A DNA stretch of 64,000 nt, from contig OZ024757.1 of NCBI GenBank assembly GCA_964016885.1, positions 26,040,001-26,104,000 of the forward strand, read 5' to 3'. Within the stretch, counting starts at the first letter, position 1, and the number at the start of each line of letters is the position of its first letter. A model generated the notes under the pieces. It saw only the letters and a program-made list of their open reading frames with translations, was not told the DNA's origin and did no database searches. Below, piece by piece: positions 29,461-42,819 of the stretch. The translations under genes were made by a program, and so were the position numbers. The DNA is from Eledone cirrhosa. Taxonomy: Eukaryota.

Positions 29461-32400
29461 GAAAAAGAATTCTTCACGGTGGTCAGGGACGGGCCTTGCA
29501 TCTATGTGCCGGCCCCGAATAGTCCCAGGCCTATGCAATCGTACGCCACTACGAATCGAACGCCAGACAGGGGGACTGGTAGAACGAGACGCAGTTCGCA
29601 CGCCACCGCGAAGGCCGCAATTCTACTGAGTTAAATAGTGGTACTTATGCCTACTTTGGAAATATTTTGATCAAAAAAAAAATTAATATATGCAAACAGA
29701 ACAAAGGGAAGTAATTCTGGATTCAAATATTTTTTTCATAAGACAATTATTAATGCATTGGTGGTGCTGCGAAGACGGGGTTTTCGATGTCTGCCAACGG
29801 ATTGTTTAGGGAGTTTAATTATGGGGGTTTATCGAAGTTCGATGGTGACCCTTTCTACAATTCAGGACCCTTTGATGTCTACAAGATGTTGCGATAGAGA
29901 CGCAAGTTAGACGTGAGAGGGTAGCCAGCTTTGTTTACAGTCGAGCGATAGCCATAGAAGATTATACAGGTTAGACATGTCTTGTAACCGCTTTTTTGGC
30001 GACCTTATGTACATGCCTTTGGCCCTCTAAGCGAGCGTTAGCCACAGAGACGATCTTACAAGCCAGAGAGGACATTGAGCCTTTGAGAGGGGAGGAAATT
30101 GAGCCTTTGAGAGGGGAGGACATTTAACTTGAGTGTTCTCAGTCCTAGAAGGACACTGAGGTGTGATACACACAACACTTCCACTGAAATATGTACTGCT
30201 TTTACAGTCACCAAAGAAGGCAGGAACTGACATATGTACAGTCACCCAATGATCCATGAGAAGAACAAGACAGTCACCATCGGTTTTCGATTGACAACCA
30301 CAACTACACCCCGTAACAATACACATATATCACCAGCAACATATTAACAATTGTCTAATGAAAAATATATATTCACACCTGAATTACTTCCATTTATGCC
30401 GTTTACATATATTATTTTGGCAACAAATAATTAAAAATATAGATACAAATGTGACTAATACGTACCTTGATGGACTCCAGGTTTAAGGGTGTGGCCACAG
30501 GGAAGGGGTAAAGTGTGCCATTGGAGGGACAGCTACCACAATATACTGTATATCAGGGACGTTAAAAGACAGACCCATCTAGAGTTATAACTATAGACCG
30601 TATGGAGGGCTAGCTATTACAATATACTGTATAACAGGGACGTTAAAAGACAGACACATCCTTACAGTAGATGTAGTTGTGGGCTGTAAGTATAGACAGA
30701 CCCAACATTATATTAGATGCAACAGTGGGCCGTGTGGAGGGACTGCTACCACAATATACTGTATATCAGGGACGTTAAAAGACAGGTCCACCTTTTTATA
30801 AGCAGCAACTATGGGTCGTATGGAGTGAGAGACAGACACAACATTATATTAGATGTAATTACCGCAATGTAGTATATCTAGGACGTTAAAAGACAGACGC
30901 ATCCTTATATTAGATGTAATTGTGGGTTGTCTAAGAATGTAGTAACCATCAAGGGTTCTAAGTATCAAGAATGTAAAGCAAGTATCTAAGGTTCGGATTC
31001 AACTGTCTTCCAAGAATCTAATTAACCATCAGGGGTTCTAAGTATCAAAAATGTTGATTATAAAAAAATTAATATATGCAAACAGAACAAAGGGAAGTAA
31101 TTCTGGACTCAAATATTTTTTTCATGAGACAATTATTAATGCATTGGTGGTGCTGTGAAGACGGGGTTTTCGATGTCTGCCAACGGATTGTTTAAGGAGT
31201 TTAGTTATGGGGGTTTATCGAAGTTCGATGGTGACCCTTTCTACAATTCAAGATGTTGTGATAGAGACGCAAGTTAGACATGTCTTTCAACCGCGAGAAG
31301 GTAGCCAGTTTTGTTTACGGTTGAGCGATAGCCATAGAAGGTTAGACATGTCTTTTAACCGCTTTTTTGGCGACCTTATGTACATGCCTTTGGCCCTCTA
31401 AGCGAGCGTTAGCCATAGAGACGATCTTACAAGCCAGAGAGGACATTTAACTTGAGTGTTCTCAGTCCTAGAAGGAAACTGAGGTGTGATACACACAACA
31501 CTTCCACTGAAATATGTATTGCTTTTACAGTCACCAAAGGAGGCAGGAACTGACATATGTACAGTCACCAAATGATCCACAAGAGAAGAACAAGACAGTC
31601 ACCATCGGTTTTCGATTGACAACCATAACTACACCCCGTATATAATAATACACATATATCACCAGCAACACATTAACAATTTTCTAATGAAAAATATATT
31701 CACACCTGAATTACTTCCATTTATGCCGTTTACATATATTATTTTGTCAACAAATAATTAAAAATATAGATACAAATGTGACTAATACGGAGCTTGATGG
31801 ACTCCAGGTTTAAGGGTGTGACCACAGGGAAGGGGTAAAGTGTGCCATTGACAGATGACCCCAGTTGGGATGTTACGAGACAGGCCTAACCTTTTATAAG
31901 CTGCCGTATGGAGGGACAGCTATCACAATATACTGTATATCAGGGGCATTAAAATACAGACCTATTGTTATATTACATGTAACTGTGGGGACAGCTAACA
32001 CTGTATATCAGGGACGTTAAAAGACAGGCCCATCTTTAGATATAACTATAGACTGTCTGGAGGGGTAGCTATTACATTATACTGTATATCAGGGACGTTA
32101 TAAGACAGGTCTCCTTATATTCGATGTCTGTATATCAGGGACGTTATAAGACAGGTCCACCTTTTTATAAGCTGCAACTATGGGCCGTATGGAGTGAGAG
32201 ACAGACACAACATTATATTATATGTAATTACCACAATGCACTGTATACCTAGGACGTTAAAAGACAGACACATCCTTATATTAGATGTAATTGTGGGTTG
32301 TCTAAGAATGTAGTAACCATCAAGGGTTCTAAGTATCAAGAATGTAAAGCAAGTATCTAAGGTTCGGATTCAACTGTCTTCCAAGAATCTAATTAACCAT

Positions 32401-32807
32401 CAAGGGTTCTAAGTATCAAAAATGTAATAAGAACCTTCAAGTATGTAAAGAAAGTATCTGAGGTTGTATGGATAGACAGACAGACCTAACATTATAGCAG
32501 ATGTAACTGTGGGCCGTTATATATATACACCTCGATATCTCATCAGATATGCACATTTATGTGTGCAAAAGCGCCGCATGTAACTTTAATTACACACTTA
32601 CCTAACATATGGCGGCGATCGAGTAATTGAACTGTAGACTCTAGCGGTAAAATAGCCGAAAAAGCCTAATAGGGGACACACCCTAGATGCAGAGTACAAT
32701 CATGACAGGGGCCCGGCTTTGCCTCGATATCTCATCAGATATGCGAGCTTATGTGCACATTCGCCGGTAACAGTAATTACGGACTTACCTAACATATATG
32801 TGTGCTA

Positions 32808-32932
32808 GACACAGTCACCCAGAGTATGTCAATCTGTTCTAATTCCACACCAACTGTCAACACTGAATGTTGATATCGCTGGTCTCAGTGAGGTCTACTT
32901 CCCAGAGGAAGGCCGCCTACAAGACCATGGTA
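32808..32932 (+). pseudogene. RTE endonuclease N-terminal fragment (duplicated at ~35980-36105)
   Basis: LNVDIAGLSEV(Y/H)FPEEGRLQDHG resembles the RTE-BovB-type LNIDIAALSEVRF.EEG motif. Confidence 0.6.
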
Positions 32933-35900
32933 GAGACCGATGGTGACCCTTTCTACAATTCAGGACCCTTTGATGTCTACAAGATGTTGCGATAGAGACG
33001 CAAGTTAGACGTGAGAGGGTAGCCAGCTTTGTTTACAGTCGAGCGATAGCCATAGAAGATTATACAGGTTAGACATGTCTTGTAACCGCTTTTTTGGCGA
33101 CCTTATGTACATGCCTTTGGCCCTCTAAGCGAGCGTTAGCCACAGAGACGATCTTACAAGCCAGAGAGGACATTGAGCCTTTGAGAGGGGAGGAAATTGA
33201 GCCTTTGAGAGGGGAGGACATTTAACTTGAGTGTTCTCAGTCCTAGAAGGACACTGAGGTGTGATACACACAACACTTCCACTGAAATATGTACTGCTTT
33301 TACAGTCACCAAAGAAGGCAGGAACTGACATATGTACAGTCACCCAATGATCCATAAGAGAAGAACAAGACAGTCACCATCGGTTTTCGATTGACAACCA
33401 CAACTACACCCCGTAACAATACACATATATCACCAGCAACATATTAACAATTGTCTAATGAAAAATATATATTCACACCTGAATTACTTCCATTTATGCC
33501 GTTTACATATATTATTTTGGCAACAAATAATTAAAAATATAGATACAAATGTGACTAATACGTACCTTGATGGACTCCAGGTTTAAGGGTGTGGCCACAG
33601 GGAAGGGGTAAAGTGTGCCATTGGAGGGACAGCTACCACAATATACTGTATATCAGGGACGTTAAAAGACAGACCCATCTAGAGTTATAACTATAGACCG
33701 TATGGAGGGCTAGCTATTACAATATACTGTATAACAGGGACGTTAAAAGACAGACACATCCTTACAGTAGATGTAGTTGTGGGCTGTAAGTATAGACAGA
33801 CCCAACATTATATTAGATGCAACAGTGGGCCGTGTGGAGGGACTGCTACCACAATATACTGTATATCAGGGACGTTAAAAGACAGGTCCACCTTTTTATA
33901 AGCAGCAACTATGGGTCGTATGGAGTGAGAGACAGACACAACATTATATTAGATGTAATTACCGCAATGTAGTATATCTAGGACGTTAAAAGACAGACGC
34001 ATCCTTATATTAGATGTAATTGTGGGTTGTCTAAGAATGTAGTAACCATCAAGGGTTCTAAGTATCAAGAATGTAAAGCAAGTATCTAAGGTTCGGATTC
34101 AACTGTCTTCCAAGAATCTAATTAACCATCAGGGGTTCTAAGTATCAAAAATGTTGATTATAAAAAAATTAATATATGCAAACGGAACAAAGGGAAGTAA
34201 TTCTGGACTCAAATATTTTTTTCATGAGACAATTATTAATGCTTTGGTGGTGCTGTGAAGACGGGGTTTTCGATGTTTGCCAACGGATTGTTTAGGGAGT
34301 TTAATTATGGGGGTTTATCGAAGTTCGATGGTGACCCTTTCTAAGATTCAGGACCCTTTGATGTCTACAAGATGTTGCGATAGAGACGCAAGTTAGACGT
34401 GAGAGGGTAGCCAGCTTTGTTTACAGTCGAGCGATAGCCATAGAAGATTATACAGGTTAGACATGTCTTTTAACAGCTTTTTTGGCGACCTTATGTACAT
34501 GCCTTTGGCCCTCTAAGCGAGCGTTAGCCATAGAGACGATCTTACAAGCCAGAGAGGACATTTAACTTGAGTGTTCTCAGTCCTAGAAGGAAACTGAGGT
34601 GTGATACACACAACACTTCCACTGAAATATGTACTGCTTTTACAGTCACCAAAGTAGGCAGGAACTGACATATGTACAGTCACCAAAGGAGGCAGGAACT
34701 GACATATGTACAGTCACCAAATGATCCACAAGAGAAGAACAAGACAGTCACCATCGGTTTTCGATTGACAACCATAACTACACCCCGTATATAATAATAC
34801 ACATATATCACCAGCAACACATTAACAATTTTCTAATGAAAAATATATTCACACCTGAATTACTTCCATTTATGCCGTTTACATATTATTTTGTCAACAA
34901 ATAATTAAAAATATAGATACAAATGTGACTAATACGGAGCTTGATGGACTCCAGGTTTAAGGGTGTGACCACAGGGAAGGGGTAAAGTGTGCCATTGACA
35001 GATGACCCCAGTTGGGATGTTACGAGACAGGCCTAACCTTTTATAAGCTGCCGTATGGAGGGACAGCTATCACAATATACTGTATATCAGGGGCATTAAA
35101 ATACAGACCTATTGTTATATTACATGTAACTGTGGGGACAGCTAACACTGTATATCAGAGACGTTAAAAGAAAGGCCCATCTTTAGATATAACTATAGAC
35201 TGTATGGAGGGGTAGCTATTACATTATACTGTATATCAGGGACGTTATAAGACAGGTCTCCTTATATTCGATGTCTGTATATCAGGGACGTTATAAGACA
35301 GGTCTCCTTATATTCGATGTCTGTATATCAGGGACGTTATAAGACAGGTCCACCTTTTTATAAGCTGCAACTATGGGCCGTATGGAGTGAGAGACAGACA
35401 CAACATTATATTATATGTAATTACCACAATGCACTGTATATCTGGGACGTTAAAAGACAGACACATCCTTATATTAGATGTAATTGTGGGTTGTCTAAGA
35501 ATGTAGTAACCATCAAGGGTTGCAAGTATCTAAGGTTCGAATTCAACTGTCTTCCAAGAATCTAATTAACCATCAAGGGTTCTAAGTATCAAAAATGTAA
35601 TAAGAACCTTCAAGTATGTAAAGAAAGTATCTGAGGTTGTATGGATAGACAGACAGACCTAACATTATAGCAGATGTAACTGTGGGCCGTTATATATATA
35701 CACCTCGATATCTCATCAGATATGCACATTTATGTGTGCAAAAGCGCCGCATGTAACTTTAATTACACACTTACCTAACATATGGCGGCGATCGAGTAAT
35801 TGAACTGTAGACTCTAGCGGTAAAATAGCCGAAAAAGCCTAATAGGGGACACACCCTAGATGCAGAGTACAATTATGACAGGGGCCCGGCTTTGCCTCGA

Positions 35901-36459
35901 TATCTCATCAGATATGCGAGTTTATGTGCACATTCGCCGGTAACAGTAATTACGGACTTACCTAACATATATGTGTGCTAGACACAGTCACCCAGAGTAT
36001 GTCAATCTGTTCTAATTCCACACCAACTGTCAACACTGAATGTTGATATCGCTGGTCTCAGTGAGGTCCACTTCCCAGAGGAAGGCCGCCTACAAGACCA
36101 TGGTAGAGACACCCGCCTACACGGAAATTGGAAATAATTTGTAATAAATAAAATCATTAATTTATATATATATCGACTTTTTCGTCAAATCGGACCGAGG
36201 AAACAATGTTTCCATTGGTCTTTCCAATTGCTAGTACTATTTATCGGTCGCAACTCCAGGTAGAAGACTCAGACTCAGAAGCTCCCGCGTCCTGCGACGC
36301 ATGAGGCAATCATAATGTTCCATAGAAGGAGCAACGTGAAATAAAGTGTCTTGCCCGAGGACATAATGCACCTCACGATTGTGAATCCAATTCTCTAACC
36401 ACTCAGCCACGCGCCTTCACATAGAATATATACTATGTATAAATATATAAAGGAAATTA

Positions 36460-36815
36460 TTGTGCTCAGGTGAACTACAACTCACCAAAGGTGTATGTAT
36501 AGAACATAGAATAATGTACAAATGTCAGGAAAGTGAACAGTGTATGAGTTGTGATATACACACAGATACATGTGTGCATGTGTATGGAGGGGGAATATCA
36601 GGTGTAGTGTTGGAGAATTTCAGAATGGAAGTTTTGAAGGATGCAGTGTCCCGGCAACTCTGAGCTAGAAAAAACGTTTCCAAAAGTCATGGGAGCTGTG
36701 CTGTTTTCTGACTTTGTAGTCACGTGTGTTAGACACATGGAATTCAAAAAGGTGCTCAGGGTTGTTGTTAACAAGATGGTTAATAATTTTATGGGTGTTT
36801 ACCAAGTCAGTTGCC
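36460..36815 (-). mobile_element. CR1/L2-like LINE 3' end fragment
   Basis: Minus-strand NTRDYKVRKQHSSHDFWKRFF.LRVA resembles CR1-type C-terminal TRG...K....RK.FF..RV. Confidence 0.5.
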
Positions 36816-37639
36816 AGATGTCGGGGCATATATTTTTTATTTTACTATATTTATATTGACACATAAACCACTTTGTTTACCCTCCAGCCATCTTTGGTTA
36901 CAGTCGAGCAATAGCCATAGAAGATTATACAGGTTAGGCATGTCTTTTAACCGTTTTTGGGGCGACCTTATGTACATACACTACATGCCGTCGGCCACAG
37001 AGAAGATATTACAAGCCAGAGAGGACATTCAGCATTCGAGAGGGGAGGACATTTAACTTGGGTGTTCTCAATCCTGGAAGGAGACTGAGGTGTGACACAT
37101 ACAACCCTGAAATATGTACAGTCACCAAAGGAGGCAGGAACTGACATATGTACAGTCACCCAATGATTCACAAGAGAGTCACCATCGGTTTTCGATTGAC
37201 AACCATAACTACACCCCGTAACAATACACATATATCACTAGCAACACATTAACAATTTTCTAATGAAAAATATATTCACACCTGAATTACTTCCATTTCT
37301 GCCGTTTACATATAATTAAAAATATAGATACAAATGTAAGTAATACGTACCTTGATGGACTCCAGGTTTAAGGGTGTGGCTATAGAAGGTAAAGTATGCC
37401 ATTGACACATGACCCCAATTCTTGGGATGTTAAGAGACAGGCCTAACTTTTATAAGCTGCTACTGTGGGCCGTATGGAGCGAGAGACAGACCCAAACTTA
37501 GATGTAACAACTGCCGTATGGAGGGACAGCTACCACAATATATTGTATATCAGGGACGTTAAAAGACAGACCTACCCATAGATATGTGAGCTGTATATAG
37601 AGGAAGAAAGTGACCGAAAACCAGCAATAAGTGGGGGTT

Positions 37640-40600
37640 AACCCTGTGATGGACTGGCATCTTGTACTCTCAGTCACTTTAAGAGACGAAACCAGGATAA
37701 GCTTAATGAGTCTCCTGGCTTTAACCATGAAATGGACTGGCATCATGTCCAGGGGGGAGTCTTGTACTCTCAGTCACTTTACGAGATAAGCTTCTGGGCT
37801 CGCGACAGACCAGAGAACCTCCACATACTTTGGGGGTTTAAGGCAACAAGACAATCGCCGACTAACTAACAGAGCTGTTGCAGGGAAAACTATGTTTTCT
37901 GTGAATAAAAAAGAAGCATGTTGAATTTTATTAATAAATCCCTACATTGTTTAATTTCAACATTAATTTTGTGAATAAAAAACAAACACAGGTTTTTCAT
38001 TTTTTAATAATATAACAATAGTGCTTAAGTAAATATATTCTACATGCCCCCACCATAAATGAAACTTAAGGGTCAGTCTGTCTCCTGGTTCCAGAGCTAG
38101 GGAAACTTACTGAAACAACTACTGCACCACATTTGTGGGTAGTTAAGTCCGCTCCGATAGCCGTGCGTGGGGGCAAGAACATCGGAAGTCTCCGCCGCCA
38201 AACTCTCAATCACATGAGGGGCAGCGAGGCCTTGGCTGGTCAAAGGACACAATGTTGTCAATTGAGAAAACGTCCCAACGTTTGACATCCTAACCGAGGG
38301 GCCTACCCTTACGGAGCAGGATGGTTGTCATTAAGCCGGTGTCTATTAGTCTGCTTGGCGTTAATCAACTGAAAATACGAGACTTCCCATGAATAGGACG
38401 CCAGTCTATGGCAGGGTTATCCCCCCCCCCCCCCCCAAGATACTGCTGGTACTCATTTTCAGCTAAGTATACTGGAGCCACGTGAAATGAAATGTTTTGC
38501 TCAAGAACACAACACGATCCAGGAATTGAACTCATCACATTATGAACGTAAGTCCAACACTGTCATCACTATGGGAAGAAAAACTGAAGTTTGGCACGGA
38601 TTGTGACAAGACTGACTCTTTAAATTAAAACTCACAGGCTTCCAGACAGTTCCAGTCCACCAAATTCCACCCACAGGACCTGGGTCAACTGGTGCTTATG
38701 ATAAATGACACCCAAGACGTCACTCTTTCACCTAATGATTGAGAATTGAACTCACGTGGTGAAAAGTTAATCGATATTAATACTGATCAATACTTCAGCT
38801 ATGATTACGAGAAGGACAGGCGTACTGAGAGAAAGTTCTTTAAAAAGTAGGATTGCAGGTCACAGTTCTCACCCCACAGTCTGGAGTGAGAAGGTTGGTA
38901 TTAATATCTGCCTACAATCTCATGAAATATCTCTGAGTAACTGGGTGGATTAGGACCAAAGTACTAAAGACAATAGCAGAGGTTTTCTACAAAGGCGATC
39001 TCCATTAGATTAAGTGACCTATACACAAGTTAACGATAGTTACAGCCCTTTACATTCTGAGTTCAAATCCAGCCAAGGTTAACTTCGCCTTCCATCCTTA
39101 CGGGGTCGATAAAATAAAGTACCAGTCACGCACTGGGTCAATTTAATCGACCCCCGCCATAATTGCTGGCCTATATAAAAAAATACATTATTAAATTGCT
39201 TCAAAATGTTCATCATTAATCGAGGCGCATGGGCTGTGTATTCCATTAGAAATACGGTACCATGAGGGTTGGTGTCGGATGAAAAAGGCTTTTCAAATGG
39301 TTGATATCTAAAGTCTGTCTCATGTCTTTTTTTAAGGGGAGGGTCGTCAGGGTTAATTAAACTGATATTTATATTCATCTTTGTTGTGTGCTGTACACAT
39401 AGATACCCAGAGGTTCAACTGGAGTAAAGCAACCTGAAATAAAATCTTTTCTCAAGAACTCAACACACACCCCAGTCTAGGAATCGGACCCACTTACCTC
39501 TTATGACGATATTATGAAGAGAACAAAATGTTTGCCCAGAATATATCAACATAAACTAAAATTCCACGTTATAATGGTCTGACCCACCGGGTTATTTAAG
39601 ACCAGTTTAAATGTATATATATATATAGATGTTGGTGAATGTGGCGGGGTAGTGTTGGTGACTAAATCAGACTGCGGACCCTCTTGTTAAAACACCTGAC
39701 AAACGTCATATGTGAAGCACTCCCGTAGAACGAACATAACGAGGGTTAAAGTGCTTTAAAAACTGAAATTAATTTACAACACTTATCTAACACCAATAAA
39801 TATATATATTTATGGCACACATTTTATCAGGGTGGAAAATAACTCTTGGATCCCGCTGGAAGAAGTGTTTGAAGAGTATGCTGCCATGAGACCCTTTCAG
39901 GAATATGTGGGCGGGAATTTGGTAATTGGGCTGTGGACCCTATCGTTAAAACACCTGAGAAAACTTCAGAGAAGACACTCTCGTAGAATCTGCCACAGAA
40001 TACTAAATGAATTTACAACAGTTTCAGAAAATATTTAGCACTGCTGAAGAATTGAATCAACAATTTACGGTCTTTGATCTCGATCTTGAAGGAAGCTTTC
40101 AAATACATAGAAATATTTGTTAAAGACAACAGAGCTGCTACAGGGAAAACTAGGAAGAGTTTAAAAAAAACTACACTAGATAATATTTTTTGTGAATAAA
40201 AAAGAAACGTGTTGAATTTTATTATTAAATCCCTACATTTTATTGTTTATTTTCAACATAAATTGGAACACGTGGTTTGTGTATTTCATTAGAAATACGG
40301 TAAGAAGAGAAAGACTGCTGTTAAAATGGTTGATAATGAAGGGAACTAAGAAGGAAAGATTTACCAAAATATCTCGTAATATAAAAAAAATCTACGTTAC
40401 CTTTCAGAAAACTGCAATTGTCACTTTTTTAAAACCATTTAGCAAGCGTTTTTGTAGAGCTTGAAAAGTTCTACAAATTGACGGCCATTTGCTTTTCTTC
40501 GTGGGTTGGGGGAGTTGAATGCGCATGCGCGAAATTTTTAGGAATTCATGTTCCAAGTATCCTGGCCGTGCTACAGCACCATCTAAACAGCCAGACCATG

Positions 40601-42090
40601 CTGCAGCACAGCAAAAACAGACAGGCCATGCTACAGCACAGCCTAAAAAGCCTGCCTACGTTACATTATCACCATACAAGCCTGGCCATGCTGCAGCACA
40701 AGCTAAACAGCCAGGCCATGCTACGATATATTCTAACAAACCTGGCCATGCTACAGCACTATTACTGAGTGTATTTTTATCAGGACACCAGCACTAATGA
40801 GATTATCATGTCTTAGATACAGCAGGAGAGTCCTTCTGACCCTTTATTTGGAGGGATGCCCTTATGAAAACCACTTTATTATATGAAGAATTGAATCAAC
40901 AATTTACGGTCTTTAATCTCAATCTTGAAAGCTTTTAAATACACAGAAATATTTGCTAAAAACAACAGACCTGCTACAGGGAAAACTAGGAAGAGCTTTA
41001 AAAAAAAACTACACTAGATAACATTTTTTGTGATTAAAATAGAAACTTGTTGAATTTTATTAAATACCTACATTTTATTGTTTATTTTCAACATGAATTG
41101 GAACACGTGGTCTGTGTATTTCATTAGAAATATGGTAAGAAGAGAAAGACTACTGTTAAAATGGTTGATAATGGAGGGAACTAAGAAGGAAAGATTTACC
41201 AAAATATCTCGTAATATAAAAAATCTACGTTACCTTTCAGAAAACTGCAATTGTTTCTTTTTAAACCATTTAGCAAGCGTTTTTGTAGAGCTTGAAAAGT
41301 CCTACGAACTGACGGCCATTTGCTTTTCTTCTTGGGTTGGATGGAGTTGAATGCGCATGCGCGAAATATTTAGGAATTCATGTTCTAAGTATCCTGGCCG
41401 TGCTACAGCACCATCTAAACAGCCAGACCATGCTGCAGCACAGCAAAAACAGACAGGCCATGCTACAGCACAACCTAAAAAGCCTGGCCATGCTGCAGCA
41501 CAATCTTAAAAGCAAGGCCATGCTACAAGATATTCTAACAAACCTAGCCGTTAAAGCACTAATGAGGCTGTCATGGGTTAGATACAGCAGGAGAGTCCTT
41601 CTGACCCTTTATTTGGAGGGATGCCCTTATGAAAACCACTTTACTAAGTTTACTATAGCTGTGCTATAACTATTACTTTCATAACTTGGTCCATTAGTTT
41701 TATTCCTCCATAGTTGATCTTTGCCCTCGTAGCAATTTATGATTGTACTGCTGCAATTAGGTGTGATATATATATATATATGATGATAGTTGCAACTCTA
41801 TTTTGAGTAATGCCATCGCTTAATACTTAAGCATGCGTATCACAGATCTGGCTTTTAATCCTGCTACGGAATTGCCTATGACCAGCAATACCATGCATTG
41901 CAAAATATGTCACACATCAAGCGATGCCTGAAGCTTTTTTAAGTAAGAAAAGGCTTTGCATGGGGCCAATCCCACTCTCTGAACATCAATGGATGCAAAC
42001 AAAGTGGCAGGTTTTATACCAGAAAGACCCTCTCCTAGAGAGATGTCTTAATGAAGACTAGGAGTCTCTAGATCCACAAAAAACAAAAAC
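37640..42090. repeat. Right arm of large inverted duplication (with an extra internal ~0.85 kb tandem copy)
   Basis: Colinear reverse complement of the left arm; 40045-40880 and 40885-41645 are tandem copies. Confidence 0.9.
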
Positions 42091-42092
42091 TC

Positions 42093-42345
42093 TGTGTCAG
42101 CTCAAAAGTGACACAGAGGAGACTGAGGTTAGCTGGACATGCTCACCGACATCTAGAGTTGACATTGCACTCAGTGCTCCTGTGGGAGCCCCTACATGGA
42201 CACACTGGACGAGGAAGATCAAGGTTAACATATGTTGATGCCCTAAGGACAGACACTGGTCTGTTGGAGACGCAGGACATGGCAGCGATAATGAGGGACA
42301 GAGACCGCTGGAGAGAACTCGTCCATGGATCTCAGGAATTTTACC
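42093..42345 (+). mobile_element. RTE LINE 3' fragment (second family)
   Basis: QRRLRLAGHAHRH...LLWEP.HG..GRGR...TYVD is an RTE ORF C-terminus. Confidence 0.8.
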
Positions 42346-42685
42346 CACCCTAGATATACTGATATATATATAGTAATAATAATAAGTGTGAAGACTAAAA
42401 TCCAAAGAGGGCTCGATAAGGATAATTATATATAAAATATATAAGAATCCTAGATATATATATATAAATCTGTAGTTTTCTGTATGTATGTGTATATGTG
42501 TGTGGATAATTTTTAATGAGGGCTCATATATTCTAAACCATTCATGCAATTTCTTTGAAATTTTTTTACAGAGCTTCTCCTTGCACAAAACCTGTACATG
42601 ATCTACAAAGGCTTTCAAAAATCGATATTGGTGCCTTTGGAGACATTAAAAAAGTTTCGGTTATTTGTGTAAATTTTCGTGATTA

Positions 42686-42819
42686 AGTAAATTAAAATCT
42701 GAATGAGCCGAATTACGAAAGATAACACTTGATTACGAAAGATAACTATTGTCTAAGAGTTATCTTTCGTAATCAAGTGTTATCTTTCGTAATTCAACTC
42801 ATTTAGATTTTAATTTACT
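42686..42819. repeat. 134 bp palindrome with internal TTACGAAAGATAAC direct repeats (MITE-like)
   Basis: ~62 bp arms with few mismatches around a ~10 nt spacer. Confidence 0.85.

Larger units (their letters stand above)
29670..37580. repeat. Higher-order tandem duplication: two ~3.1 kb units, each with two related ~1.4 kb subunits, plus a diverged fifth subunit
   Basis: 29840-32937 repeats at 32938-36110. Subunit starts at ~29670, 31060 and 34160; diverged copy at 36885-37580. Internal ~80 bp CTGTATATCAGGGACGTTAAAAGACAG minisatellite. Confidence 0.92.

Noticed and set aside
31207-31401. LRR-like peptide RLDMSFNRFFGDL in the tandem subunits
   Set aside because: Single motif; frame not preserved among copies and no splice support.
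30520-32300. CRISPR-like appearance of CTGTATATCAGGGACGTTAAAAGACAG repeats with variable spacers
   Set aside because: Spacers are homologous to each other and irregular in length; eukaryotic context with no cas genes. It is a degenerate minisatellite.
32530-32555. Minus-strand CTGATGAG as a hammerhead core
   Set aside because: No GAAA or stem architecture follows.
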